The position numbers and the translations under genes were made by a program. The notes beneath the pieces are model-generated. The model made no database searches. It was not told where the DNA came from and was given only the letters and a program-made list of their open reading frames with translations. From an uncultured Gammaproteobacteria bacterium (lineage in GTDB: Bacteria > Patescibacteriota > Patescibacteriia > UBA10025 > JAHIVO01): a DNA stretch of 61,653 bases. Positions within the stretch are counted from its first letter, which is position 1. The number at the start of each line of letters is the position of its first letter. Below, piece by piece: positions 16,540-26,270 of the stretch. Location: the NCBI GenBank assembly GCA_964415025.1, contig CAYPXF010000007.1, positions 1-61,653 of the forward strand. The letters are read 5' to 3'.

Positions 16540-18730
16540 ATGATTTGTTATCAGTTTTTAATCTTGGTCTGCGGCGCGGCTTCTTTTTTGCATTTTGTGG
16601 AGCTTGTTTATTCTTTTGATCAGGCGTTGCCGGTTTGAGCGGGGTAGGTATGGCTGTTCGCTGATATTGCCGCGGTTTCTTTTGGTAGCGCCGCTGCCAG
16701 ATCATGACAATCGTCATGGTAGACAGTACCACGATAATCGGCAGCATCAAGATAAAAAAGCCGATCACCTGCCTGGTACTAGTGCTCAAATCGTACATCG
16801 GCAAATCATCAAGTGCCTCCCACATGCTTTGGCCGTGGAAAATCGGCACAAACAGCAACACAGCTATCATCAATACATAGCCGGCTATAGCCATGCTCTG
16901 CAGTACCCAAAACACGATGTGTATCGTCCTATTGCGTGATAAAAACTGCAGCAGCGCGCCGACCAGGAACAGCATGCCCCAGGGTGAAAAAATCGAAGCA
17001 ATAACTATGACAATAAAATATATAAACCCATATAAGAGGATGGGACCGATATATTGCTTAAATCTGTCCCAGCCGCTGGGCCCGACTCCTACCTTATCAT
17101 TATTTTCTGCGTCACGAGGAAAGAGATCGTCAGTCATCTCTGAAGTCTGCATGTGGCGCGTCATCTTTGTCAGAAAATACTTATCACTCGGCGGATCTAT
17201 CCACGGAGTACCCTGGTCAGTCAGCGCCATTTCTCGGATGATGTCATGCTCCACCCAGTTAGCCCACTTGGTAGAAAATCCTGGCAAAGTTTTTTTATGA
17301 TCTGCAAATATATACAGCTCGACAGCGATCCGTTCGGGGATGGTATATTCATACGTATTGTATGCATAGCTGATTGTTTCCCCAGAGACTGTTTCGGTCA
17401 GGTTATTGTCAAAAGAAGCGGCAAACAAGGCACCGTCAGGCACAACCGGAGCCTCGCCCTCGAGCACGCGCTGGTATGAACTCTGGATAGCGTCAGCCGA
17501 TGAATAAGCATTTGTGATTTGTACTTCATCAAGTTTGCCACGGAGCGCAGAGCCCCCCTGATCAACACCGCGCTGACCGAGGTGGAGCGTGCCCCTGGTA
17601 ACCTCACGTGGAGTCCAGGTGGTACTGCTGTACGCTGCCTCAAGCTCATAGCCAGTACCATTGATATAAAGCACTGGTGATTGATCGAGCGACCAGGTAG
17701 CGGCAATATGATACCATTTTTCTTGGTCCCAGTTTAATTTAGTGCCCTCAGGCATTCGCCAAGACTGGAACCCGCCATTAGATTTATAAGCGATGAATTG
17801 CAAACCGTCATCATACTCGTCTGACGCGCCGTAGGTGGTCGCCCGGCGCAGCTCAAATACATCCTTGCCGCTGGCATCAACAACATTCAGTAATTCCCAG
17901 TAGCCCCCTTCGGTTTCCCAATCACTACCTGGCTGGACCCAGAGCTCAACCGTGCCGGCGGCGCTATTGAAAAAATTCGTCCCCTCAAATGATAGCTGAT
18001 CATGGCGAGTAACAGACACTGCCTGTCCGCTAACTCCTCCAGTATAGCTAATTGGCGCGGTACGGTCTGGTTCGCTGAAAATAGAGGATATTTTCATGGG
18101 GTAGACGATATTGTCAGCGGCAAAGGTCAGCATTACCGGCGTGGCCCTGCCCTGGCGCAACTTTTGTCCGACATCTACCCAATCAAGACTTTCTGGATTG
18201 ATACGCATAGCCACATAATACCAGCCATTCTCAATATAGCTGTTCAGGATATAGCTGGCCGACTCTGGAAAAGCATACTCATGTTCATTGAGCCAGTCAA
18301 CGAGCGCGTCTTTATTAGTCGAGGAAAGGACTGTCACATCATAATAATCGATTTGCTTCGTCTCGACGACTGTCACGCCCTCTGCTGCGCCAATAGCCTG
18401 TGTATCGAGGCTGTGCATAGGCAGACTGCGATAATACCGTGATCCGGTTAGCTGCTCAAGCGAAATAAAGAGCTCTTCTGATCCTTTGGTAACTTCGGGC
18501 CGGTTCGGGACAGGTATGACCCAGGCAAAATCCTCGGCATCCCCCTGAAATCCTACCGACACTACCATCGTTTCAATCCCTTCATCATACAGAATCACCG
18601 CTTCTTGGCTGGTTTCATACATCCAGTAATGTTCCGGCGGCATAATCATACCGTCAGCCAGTGCTGATAGCGGTGTACTGACTAGACCGACAAGCGCCAG
18701 GTAAAATATAAGTTTTTTAATTCGTTCCAT
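16484..18730 (-). CDS. DUF2330-like surface protein with an inserted LamG/concanavalin-like domain and C-terminal TM segments
   Basis: Signal peptide; FAWVIPVP, DVTVL, ALVDWL, YPMKISS; LamG-like TVELWV, WYHIAATW, LYING, GKLDEVQI; three C-terminal TM helices and a basic tail. Confidence 0.7.
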   Translation of the reverse strand: MERIKKLIFYLALVGLVSTPLSALADGMIMPPEHYWMYETSQEAVILYDEGIETMVVSVGFQGDAEDFAWVIPVPNRPEVTKGSEELFISLEQLTGSRYYRSLPMHSLDTQAIGAAEGVTVVETKQIDYYDVTVLSSTNKDALVDWLNEHEYAFPESASYILNSYIENGWYYVAMRINPESLDWVDVGQKLRQGRATPVMLTFAADNIVYPMKISSIFSEPDRTAPISYTGGVSGQAVSVTRHDQLSFEGTNFFNSAAGTVELWVQPGSDWETEGGYWELLNVVDASGKDVFELRRATTYGASDEYDDGLQFIAYKSNGGFQSWRMPEGTKLNWDQEKWYHIAATWSLDQSPVLYINGTGYELEAAYSSTTWTPREVTRGTLHLGQRGVDQGGSALRGKLDEVQITNAYSSADAIQSSYQRVLEGEAPVVPDGALFAASFDNNLTETVSGETISYAYNTYEYTIPERIAVELYIFADHKKTLPGFSTKWANWVEHDIIREMALTDQGTPWIDPPSDKYFLTKMTRHMQTSEMTDDLFPRDAENNDKVGVGPSGWDRFKQYIGPILLYGFIYFIVIVIASIFSPWGMLFLVGALLQFLSRNRTIHIVFWVLQSMAIAGYVLMIAVLLFVPIFHGQSMWEALDDLPMYDLSTSTRQVIGFFILMLPIIVVLSTMTIVMIWQRRYQKKPRQYQRTAIPTPLKPATPDQKNKQAPQNAKKKPRRRPRLKTDNKSYGHTKKNSQPSRKKQNKA

Positions 18731-18753
18731 ACGGTCTATATTAATTGTTACAT

Positions 18754-19047
18754 TTAAAAAATGAATCGCTGCTGTTCGCCGTACAGCTGCTTAACGGCAC
18801 GTCGGCCGTGCGCTGTCAGTCTGACTTTGGTTATAAACCATTTCTCCGGTGTCCGGCGGCCAAATCCGACTAAATATCCTCTGCTAATTAACCGTTCGAG
18901 ACTGCGGGTAATAATTCCCTGCTGCTCCTGTGGCAGCGATGATTGTTTATGGCGGCTGTAAAATTTGAGAAATACAGCCCGATCAGTACGGCCACGGGTA
19001 GAGGCGGTGGTAAGTAGTATAAATTTCTGCAGTGCGGATAACCGCAT
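18754..19047 (-). CDS. Small basic hypothetical protein, possibly winged-helix
   Basis: 97 aa; RSLERLISRGYL..G and LTAHGRR resemble a wHTH recognition helix and wing. Confidence 0.6.
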   Translation of the reverse strand: MRLSALQKFILLTTASTRGRTDRAVFLKFYSRHKQSSLPQEQQGIITRSLERLISRGYLVGFGRRTPEKWFITKVRLTAHGRRAVKQLYGEQQRFIF

Positions 19048-19048
19048 A

Positions 19049-20449
19049 TTATTTTTTATCTTGCAGAGAAATATGGAGCTCGTTGAGCTGCGCTGTACTG
19101 ACCGCTGATGGTGACCCGGTCATTGGTTCGCGGTTGTCTCCAGTTTTTGGAAAAGCGACAACTTCACGAACATTAGCTTCATTAAACAAAACCATAAACA
19201 GCCGATCAATACCCGGGGCAATACCCCCATGCGGGGGAACGCCGTAGGAAAATGCCTCCAGCATGTAACCGAACTGCTGTTGTGCTTCCTGGTCTGGAAT
19301 TCCGATCAGCCGGAATATGTTTCGCTGGATATCAGGATCAGTAATACGGATACTGCCGCCGCCAACTTCAAATCCGTTGAGCACCATGTCGTGTTGCCAT
19401 GACCGGACCGCATGCGGATTAGTGTTAAGTTTGGCAATATCTTCATCTTTTGGTGAGGTAAACATGTGATGCGCCGGCGCCAAGTGGCCATTTTCCTTTT
19501 CCGGCTCAAACAACGGCCAGTCAACAACAAAACAAAAAGCTAACTCGTCTGGATTGTCCTTGTCCTGACGCAAGTCAGGTCGGTCAGTGCCATACGTGTC
19601 CATTGCCTCCTGGTACGTGAGTCGCGGCCAGGGACTGGCGCTGATTTTTTTTTCAGGAAATATTTTTTTCACCAGGCTGGTAAACAAATTTTCTGTCAGT
19701 ACTAATATGTCTGCCTGATTCGCAAAAGAGAGTTCAATATCCAGCTGATAAAATTGGTCGGGCGCGCGGTCAGCCCGGGCGTCCTCGTCACGAAAACACG
19801 GTGCTATCTGGAAATACCGTTCAAAACCAGCCACCATCAGCATTTGCTTATACTGCTGCGGAGACTGGGGTAGGGCATAAAATTTTCCCTGGTGCTGGCG
19901 CGACGGAACCAGATAATCACGCGCCCCCTCTGGGGTTGATTTAGCCAGAATAGGTGTTTCTATCTCATAAAAATCATGGCCGTGCAAATAGTCGCGCATG
20001 AATTTGATGGCCTGGGAACGTTTGATAATTTTTTGCTGGTTTTTCTGCCGGCGCAAGTCTAAATAGCGATATGTATAGCGCAACTCTTCACTGGGTTCTT
20101 CTTTCGCTGTCTCCCCTATTTCAAATGGTGTAGTCTTGGCCGTAGACAGAATAGTAAGCCCCTGTGCCTGCAGCTCGATTGTGCCGGTGGGCAAATCTTT
20201 ATTTACTAATTTTTCCGGACGTTTATTTACTAGTCCAGTAACAGCTACTACGTATTCGCCGCGGAGCGACTTGGCCTGTTCGAGTAATTCCTTATCCGCT
20301 GCTAAAAAAACTACTTGGACCACGCCCGTAATATCACGTATGTCCGCGAAGACCATTTTACCCATACGCCGGGCAGTATGGACCCAGCCGCGGATAGTGA
20401 CTGTTTGCGAAACATGCTGGGGAGTGTCAGTAATGCGAGTATGCTTCAT
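19049..20449 (-). CDS. aspS: Aspartyl-tRNA synthetase (bacterial type, GAD domain absent)
   Basis: STPEGARDYLVPSR, QSPQQYKQMLM, FRDED, PPHGGIAPGIDR. Confidence 0.95.
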   Translation of the reverse strand: MKHTRITDTPQHVSQTVTIRGWVHTARRMGKMVFADIRDITGVVQVVFLAADKELLEQAKSLRGEYVVAVTGLVNKRPEKLVNKDLPTGTIELQAQGLTILSTAKTTPFEIGETAKEEPSEELRYTYRYLDLRRQKNQQKIIKRSQAIKFMRDYLHGHDFYEIETPILAKSTPEGARDYLVPSRQHQGKFYALPQSPQQYKQMLMVAGFERYFQIAPCFRDEDARADRAPDQFYQLDIELSFANQADILVLTENLFTSLVKKIFPEKKISASPWPRLTYQEAMDTYGTDRPDLRQDKDNPDELAFCFVVDWPLFEPEKENGHLAPAHHMFTSPKDEDIAKLNTNPHAVRSWQHDMVLNGFEVGGGSIRITDPDIQRNIFRLIGIPDQEAQQQFGYMLEAFSYGVPPHGGIAPGIDRLFMVLFNEANVREVVAFPKTGDNREPMTGSPSAVSTAQLNELHISLQDKK

Positions 20450-20451
20450 AG

Positions 20452-21045
20452 CTATGTCTCAATAAAATTAAACGTCGCCAAAACCTTAGCCGCTGTCTGG
20501 TTATACGGCATTTCAAACAAATAACTATTGCCGATAAAATAGATGCTGTCATTTGTATTTATCCCCGGCGTCAGTCGGTATACCAGCGCATCAGTATCAG
20601 CTACCTCCTCGGTAAACGACTGGTAGACGTCTGGGGATACGCCGGTCAGGCGTTCATACGCTTGGGCGATAGTCTCGTTATCAACGGCGGGAAAAGCGCG
20701 TAGCGAGAGTGTCTGTGCGCCCGTCTGCTGAAAATCAAGCAGCTTGCCTTCATACTCACCATATACAATTTGCTCTTCGGTGACACGGTAACCGGCCGGA
20801 TACTGCATACTGAATCCGAGGGAACTATTGGTGTATTGGAGCCAGCCCGTGGTATCGACCTGCTCCGGGATGTTGATGGCGTCATCACGAAACACCCGTA
20901 CCAGCAGAATATTCGAGGTGGGCGTTGGATTCTCTATCCAGAAAAAATACAGTACATAAAAGACAAAAAACACTACCACTGACTCCATCAGAATAATGGA
21001 AATACCCCAGAATGTTGAAATACCTTTTTGATTGTATCGCCGCAT
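20452..21045 (-). CDS. Exported protein with prepilin-like N-terminus and PsbP-like domain
   Basis: NQKG|IST plus hydrophobic helix; W.QYTN...GFSMQYP pattern. Confidence 0.6.
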   Translation of the reverse strand: MRRYNQKGISTFWGISIILMESVVVFFVFYVLYFFWIENPTPTSNILLVRVFRDDAINIPEQVDTTGWLQYTNSSLGFSMQYPAGYRVTEEQIVYGEYEGKLLDFQQTGAQTLSLRAFPAVDNETIAQAYERLTGVSPDVYQSFTEEVADTDALVYRLTPGINTNDSIYFIGNSYLFEMPYNQTAAKVLATFNFIET

Positions 21046-21046
21046 A

Positions 21047-21430
21047 TTATGTGCACAAATTATTAGACTGCAAACAATTGGCGCCCTGGTTATCGTATCG
21101 ATAGTACTGACAAGTTGGCGCCGGGGTATCGAGCGAGGTATAGCCGCACCAATCTACGGTCGCGCCCTGCTTGTCTAAGATCACGTCGCCCACGCCAATG
21201 CAATTGCTCTGAAGTATATAATAATCCTCACACTGGTACAGTCCGGTAATAATACATCCGTCCGGATGGCGTGGATGTGATTCGCCGCAATATCCCAATG
21301 CCGTATTCCTGCCGGCCGCTATCGCGTTTTGCTCGTTAGCAGTGATAACGATAGCATTTGCCAGTACAACAGTCAGCGCCAGGAGGCCAAATAGAATAAT
21401 AGCTGTGCTGCTCATTCCTCGCTGGTTCAT
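21047..21430 (-). CDS. Cys-rich exported protein with prepilin-like N-terminus (127 aa)
   Basis: Start MNQRG|MSS abuts the asnS stop; TM helix; eight Cys in the C-terminal part. Confidence 0.65.
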   Translation of the reverse strand: MNQRGMSSTAIILFGLLALTVVLANAIVITANEQNAIAAGRNTALGYCGESHPRHPDGCIITGLYQCEDYYILQSNCIGVGDVILDKQGATVDWCGYTSLDTPAPTCQYYRYDNQGANCLQSNNLCT

Positions 21431-21431
21431 A

Positions 21432-22724
21432 TTATGGACGTAAACGATTAAGGAGCCGGGGGAAAGGGATAGTCTCCCGCACATGATCCAGGCCGCACAG
21501 CCAGGCGACGGTCCGCTCAAGACCAATGCCAAAACCAGCATGTGGCACTGAACCGTATTTACGCAAATCCAAATACCAGCCAAGTTCATTTTCAGACAGC
21601 TGATGTTCTTTTAGCCGCTGCTGCAATACAGTCGCATCCCAGATGCGCTCTGAACCGCCGATGATTTCACCGTATCCTTCTGGTGCCAACATATCGTTGC
21701 ATAGCGCCAGCTTGGGATCCTCCGGATCAGGCTGCATATAAAACGCTTTTATCGCTGACGGGAAGTGGGTGATAAAAATCGGAGTCTGGTACTCTTTTGT
21801 CAGCAGTGTTTCATCATCACCGCCCAAATCCTCGCCTTCTTTGATATCTGAACCCAGCTCATGCAGTTTTTGTATTGCTTCGCTATACCGTAACCGCGGA
21901 AAATTTCCCCGCGCCTTTGCCAGGAGGCTGGTATCACGCTCCAAAATTTCAAATTCATGGCTGCATGTTGTTAACACCTGTTGTACCACATAGCTGACTA
22001 ATTTTTCCTGAAGTTTCAAACTGTCCTCGTGCTGCATAAACGCGGCTTCAGCATCCAGCATCCAAAACTCCATGAGGTGCCGTCTGGTCTTCGACTTCTC
22101 TGCACGAAACGTAGGGCCAAAATCATATACCTTGCCATGCGCCATAGCCAGCGCCTCTAAATACAGCTGTCCTGATTGGGATAAATACGCAGATTCATCA
22201 AAGTATTCCGTTTCAAACAAGGTAGTCGTACCTTCGCACGATGTCGGGGTCAAAATCGGCGTGTCAGTCAAGACAAATCCCTCTTTCCGGAAAAATTCCC
22301 GCAGGCGCCAGATAATTTCATCCCTGATGCGCACCACAGCCTGCTGTCGCTCTGACCGCAGCCATAAATGCCGGTGATCCAACAAAAAATCCACACCGTG
22401 CTCTTTTTTCCCGAGGGGGTATTCCTCGGCCTGGTGAATCAGCTCAATACCGCTCACCTGCATTTCATAGCCATACGGAGAGCGTTCATCAGCCTGGACC
22501 GTGCCATTCACGCGTACGCTTGATTCAATTGTCAGTTGCTCACAGACAGCCCATGCTGCGTCACTGACTTCATTCTTGGACACGACGGCTTGTATCCGGC
22601 CTGAACCGTCCCGGATTTGCAGAAAATAAATTTTACCAGAGCTACGAAAATTAAAAACCCACCCTTGTAGCAGGACGGGTTTACCAAGATATTTGCTTAT
22701 TTTTTTCAGATGCACTTGCTCCAT
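21432..22724 (-). CDS. asnS: Asparaginyl-tRNA synthetase
   Basis: [47 protein letters not shown]; start placed after the promoter. Confidence 0.95.
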   Translation of the reverse strand: MEQVHLKKISKYLGKPVLLQGWVFNFRSSGKIYFLQIRDGSGRIQAVVSKNEVSDAAWAVCEQLTIESSVRVNGTVQADERSPYGYEMQVSGIELIHQAEEYPLGKKEHGVDFLLDHRHLWLRSERQQAVVRIRDEIIWRLREFFRKEGFVLTDTPILTPTSCEGTTTLFETEYFDESAYLSQSGQLYLEALAMAHGKVYDFGPTFRAEKSKTRRHLMEFWMLDAEAAFMQHEDSLKLQEKLVSYVVQQVLTTCSHEFEILERDTSLLAKARGNFPRLRYSEAIQKLHELGSDIKEGEDLGGDDETLLTKEYQTPIFITHFPSAIKAFYMQPDPEDPKLALCNDMLAPEGYGEIIGGSERIWDATVLQQRLKEHQLSENELGWYLDLRKYGSVPHAGFGIGLERTVAWLCGLDHVRETIPFPRLLNRLRP

Positions 22725-22734
22725 AGGTAAAAAT

Positions 22735-22763
22735 ATTATACCTATTTTTGAGTATTTTTGCAA
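22735..22763 (-). promoter_or_regulatory. Sigma70-type promoter of the asnS operon
   Basis: TTGCAA-17 bp-TATAAT. Confidence 0.7.
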
Positions 22764-22818
22764 ACGGCGGTTTCAACAAAACAGACTGCTGACAATAACG
22801 CGGTATATATTACGCGGC

Positions 22819-25518
22819 CTATTTACCGTGGTTATATGAAGCTGCTTTATCCCGGCCGGTGAATTTATTATAGAGATATTTTATCAATTCAGTAGTAATA
22901 ATCGTTATGGTTCCATAGATAAATACCAAAACCCATTCAGATAAATTCAGCGGTGTTACCTTAAAGATATTTTGGAAAAAAGGAGTGTAAATCGCCACCA
23001 ACTGTAAGGCAAACGCCATGATAACGCTCGCTATTAAATATTTATTTGAGAAAAATTTGATTTTATAGATAGGGTTTTTCAGGCTACGGCAAGAAAAGAC
23101 ATAAAACAAAGAATCGACAGCAATAGCCGTAAACACCATGGTTCTGGCTTTGTCCAAATCACCGGTCATCTGCCAAAACCAATAAAATACTCCCAACGCA
23201 ATAACGCCGGTTACCAGACTGACGATGACCACGATAATTTTAATTTCTTTATCCAGGATCGGGGTCTTGGACGAAACCGGGGGCTGCTGCATAATATTTT
23301 TATCACCCGGCTCAAAGGTCAGAGCAATATTTGGAAATCCGTCAGTAATTAGATTAATCCATAAAATTTGCGCTGCCAACAACGGCAAGGGCCAGCCCAG
23401 CGACAATGCGCCTACGATTATGACCATCTCGGTAAAGCTGTCTGACAACAGATATAATATTACTTTTTTTATGTTTTCATAGATAATTCTTCCCTGTTCA
23501 ACAGCAGCCACAATAGTTTTGAAATTATTATCCAGCAAAACCATATCAGCCGTTTCCTTGGCCACGTCTGTGCCAGACCCGAGCGCCACGCCAATGTCAG
23601 CTGATTTAAGTGCCGGCGCGTCATTAACGCCGTCACCTGTCATGGCTACCACTTCATCTTTATGTTGCCAGGCATCGATAATGCGCAGTTTATCCTTTGG
23701 GCTAACTCGCGCATAAACAGAAAAAACTGCAATGCGATCGCGCAGCTCATCTTCATTCAGCGTGGCAAATGCATCACCCTCGATTATATTATCGTCTTCA
23801 TGCAGTAAGCCAAGCTCTTTAGCAATAGCTTGGGCAGTCAGCCGATGGTCACCGGTAATCATTACTGGCCTGATACCGGCCATGAGACACGTTTCGATTG
23901 TCTCCTTCGCGCCCTCCCGGAGCGGATCTTTAATCACGGCAAAGCCGACAAAAACCATGTCATTTAGCAACTTCTCATCTTCCTCTATACCTGCGTAGTC
24001 CTGGGCTACCTGCTTATAGCTAAAAGCTAGCAGGCGCATACCCTGGCTGCTAAGTGTTTCGTATTCTCGCCGTAATTTATCTCGCTTTTTCGAATCAAGT
24101 GTATCGATTTTTCCGTCCAGATCAATCCGGGTAGTATGCCGCAGAATAACTTCCGGAGCGCCCTTGCAGTAAATAGTTTTTTCTTTTTTTGTGTTCTGAT
24201 TAAGCGTGGCCATGAATTTTCTCTCCGAACTAAACGGGACAACTTCTAGCCGCGGATTTTCAGCCCGCAGTTTATCCAGATCAATGCCGGCCTGCGAAGC
24301 CGCCATTACAATAGCTTTTTCAGTGGGCATGCCAATAACTGTCCGGTGCTCCATCGCTTCATCAGGGTTTTCTATGTACGCATCTGATGCCAATACCCCG
24401 GTTTTTAGAGCTGCGAAATAACTGGCTACGGGCTCGGCCTCTGCCGTGCCTGGCTCTGTATGTTTGGTCGAATCGAGTTTTTTATCATGCGTTATTATCC
24501 GTACCACGCGCATTTCCCCTTCGGTCAGGGTACCGGTTTTATCTGTGCAAATAACGGTCGTTGAGCCCAGCGTTTCCGCGGCTACCAGTTTACGTACGAG
24601 AGCATGCTGTCGTAATATCCGCTGCATGCCAATAGCCAAAATGACAGTAACGACCACCACGAGCCCCTCTGGGATAGCGGCTACAGACAAAGCTACCGCG
24701 GTTGTGAAAATTTCTCGTATATCATACCCTAGCACTAACCCCAGCGCAAAAATTATTGCAGAAAGAATCAAAATAATTATACCCAGCCATTTGGCCAACC
24801 GACTCAGCTTGTGCTGAAGCGGGGTCTCTTCTTGCTCTGTGGTTTTAATGAGGCGGGCAATATGGCCCAATTCAGTCTGGTCAGCTGTAGCCGTCACGAC
24901 GCCAGTTGCTGAACCAGTCACCACAGTCGTCCCCATAAACGCCATATTCTTCCGTTCAGCCAGTATGACTGCTGACGGCAAGGCGTCGGTTGTTTTTTCT
25001 ATAGGGAATGATTCTCCAGTCAGGCTTGCCTCATCTATTTTTAAATCAGTTTGTTTCAGGATACGGATATCAGCAGGCACCTTATCTCCGGCTCGCAGAA
25101 TAACAATATCGCCCGGTACCAGCTCGTCTGATTCTATCTTATGCTCATGGCCTCCTCGTTTTACTGAAGTGTACGACGTGACTACCTTACGCAGTTTTTC
25201 GAGTGTGCGCTGGGCCCGGAATTCCTGGATAAAACCGACAATGACATTGAGGATAACCGCGGCCAGAATCACCCACATATCAACAATATCTCCTAACAAA
25301 AAACTTATGCCTGCGGCGATAAGCAGAATATACGTTAGTGTGCTTTTGAACTGCTGAATAAGCAGTCCAAAAATTGAAAACTTTTTTTCTTCAGGCAAGG
25401 CATTATGGCCGTAGCGGGCACGTCGGTGTTTAACCTCCTGCTCATGTAAACCCTCGAGCCTGGCTTGCAAAGATTCCAATACCTGCTCACCTGGTAGATT
25501 ATAGTAATGCTCTCCCAT
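22819..25518 (-). CDS. P-type cation-transporting ATPase (type II, Ca2+-like)
   Basis: TGES, IPEGL, DKTGTLT, MITGDH, GDGVNDAPAL. Confidence 0.95.
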   Translation of the reverse strand: MGEHYYNLPGEQVLESLQARLEGLHEQEVKHRRARYGHNALPEEKKFSIFGLLIQQFKSTLTYILLIAAGISFLLGDIVDMWVILAAVILNVIVGFIQEFRAQRTLEKLRKVVTSYTSVKRGGHEHKIESDELVPGDIVILRAGDKVPADIRILKQTDLKIDEASLTGESFPIEKTTDALPSAVILAERKNMAFMGTTVVTGSATGVVTATADQTELGHIARLIKTTEQEETPLQHKLSRLAKWLGIIILILSAIIFALGLVLGYDIREIFTTAVALSVAAIPEGLVVVVTVILAIGMQRILRQHALVRKLVAAETLGSTTVICTDKTGTLTEGEMRVVRIITHDKKLDSTKHTEPGTAEAEPVASYFAALKTGVLASDAYIENPDEAMEHRTVIGMPTEKAIVMAASQAGIDLDKLRAENPRLEVVPFSSERKFMATLNQNTKKEKTIYCKGAPEVILRHTTRIDLDGKIDTLDSKKRDKLRREYETLSSQGMRLLAFSYKQVAQDYAGIEEDEKLLNDMVFVGFAVIKDPLREGAKETIETCLMAGIRPVMITGDHRLTAQAIAKELGLLHEDDNIIEGDAFATLNEDELRDRIAVFSVYARVSPKDKLRIIDAWQHKDEVVAMTGDGVNDAPALKSADIGVALGSGTDVAKETADMVLLDNNFKTIVAAVEQGRIIYENIKKVILYLLSDSFTEMVIIVGALSLGWPLPLLAAQILWINLITDGFPNIALTFEPGDKNIMQQPPVSSKTPILDKEIKIIVVIVSLVTGVIALGVFYWFWQMTGDLDKARTMVFTAIAVDSLFYVFSCRSLKNPIYKIKFFSNKYLIASVIMAFALQLVAIYTPFFQNIFKVTPLNLSEWVLVFIYGTITIITTELIKYLYNKFTGRDKAASYNHGK

Positions 25519-25619
25519 ATAGACTACAGTATACCATATAATTAAACCGTAATAAAAAGAAGTTTAGCGCAAAAAAACACTAAACTTCCTTATGTAAAAC
25601 TGTTAAGATTATTACTAGA

Positions 25620-25973
25620 TCATTCAGTCCACGTATTTGTCTGACCAACCACAAAGATGACAATCGCCCAGGCTAGGAGGACAACGATCAAGCCAACAAC
25701 TGCAGCGGTGATAGTTTTCTTAGCTTTCGCAATTTTATCCTCATTACCACCTGATGTGAGCCAGAGAAAACCACCGTACAGAATGAAAATAACAGCAATC
25801 AATCCCAAGAAACCAAGTACCCACTGAATAATATTCACCACTGTAGATTCTAAATCAGCAGTGCCCAGTCCAAAGGTAGAACCATAATTACCAGTGCCTA
25901 CTTGCGCTAGAGCCACTGCTGGCAGTGTTAATCCAACAAGCGTCAAGGCGCTGCTTTGTAATATTTTTTTCAT
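25620..25973 (-). CDS. CPR-type pilin (VirB2/TrbC-like)
   Basis: Signal peptide then IIQWVLGFLGLIAVIFILYGGFLWLTSGGNEDKIAKAKKTI; SD GAAAGGGGGT. Confidence 0.85.
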   Translation of the reverse strand: MKKILQSSALTLVGLTLPAVALAQVGTGNYGSTFGLGTADLESTVVNIIQWVLGFLGLIAVIFILYGGFLWLTSGGNEDKIAKAKKTITAAVVGLIVVLLAWAIVIFVVGQTNTWTE

Positions 25974-26010
25974 GCGACACCCCCTTTCATTATCCCGTTA
26001 CACGGACGGA

Positions 26011-26100
26011 TTAGAGCTTTTTTTTAGTATAAAGATAAAAAAACGCCATAAATATTATAAGCAGTAATAGGATAAATATTCCGCCGCCGCTTAGTTCCAT
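26011..26100 (-). CDS. 29-aa single-pass membrane microprotein, missing from the ORF track
   Basis: MELSGGGIFILLLLIIFMAFFYLYTKKKL; lies between the promoter and the pilin gene. Confidence 0.55.
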   Translation of the reverse strand: MELSGGGIFILLLLIIFMAFFYLYTKKKL

Positions 26101-26133
26101 AATGCTAGATTATCACTAATTATGCTTATTCTT

Positions 26134-26161
26134 AGTATAGCAAAAAAAGCATTTTAATCAA
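26134..26161 (-). promoter_or_regulatory. Promoter of the microprotein-pilin unit
   Basis: TTGATT-16 bp-TATACT with extended -10 TG. Confidence 0.6.
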
Positions 26162-26197
26162 TAGCCGGCATATAAACCCAACTACTCTGCAGCACGC

Positions 26198-26270
26198 AAA
26201 AACCTTCTCATCTTTTGGGAAGGTTTTTAATGGTGGGTCGTACAGGTCTCGAACCTGTGACACCCTGCTT
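26198..26270. repeat. 73-bp direct repeat, copy 1 (terminator + tRNA-Lys 3' half)
   Basis: Identical to 26590-26662; similarity resumes at 26295-26312 and 26338-26350 after two insertions. Confidence 0.95.

Noticed and set aside
21431-21589. Upstream extension of the Cys-rich exported protein in the ORF track
   Set aside because: Overlaps the asnS 3' end; the start at 21430 yields a proper N-terminal signal
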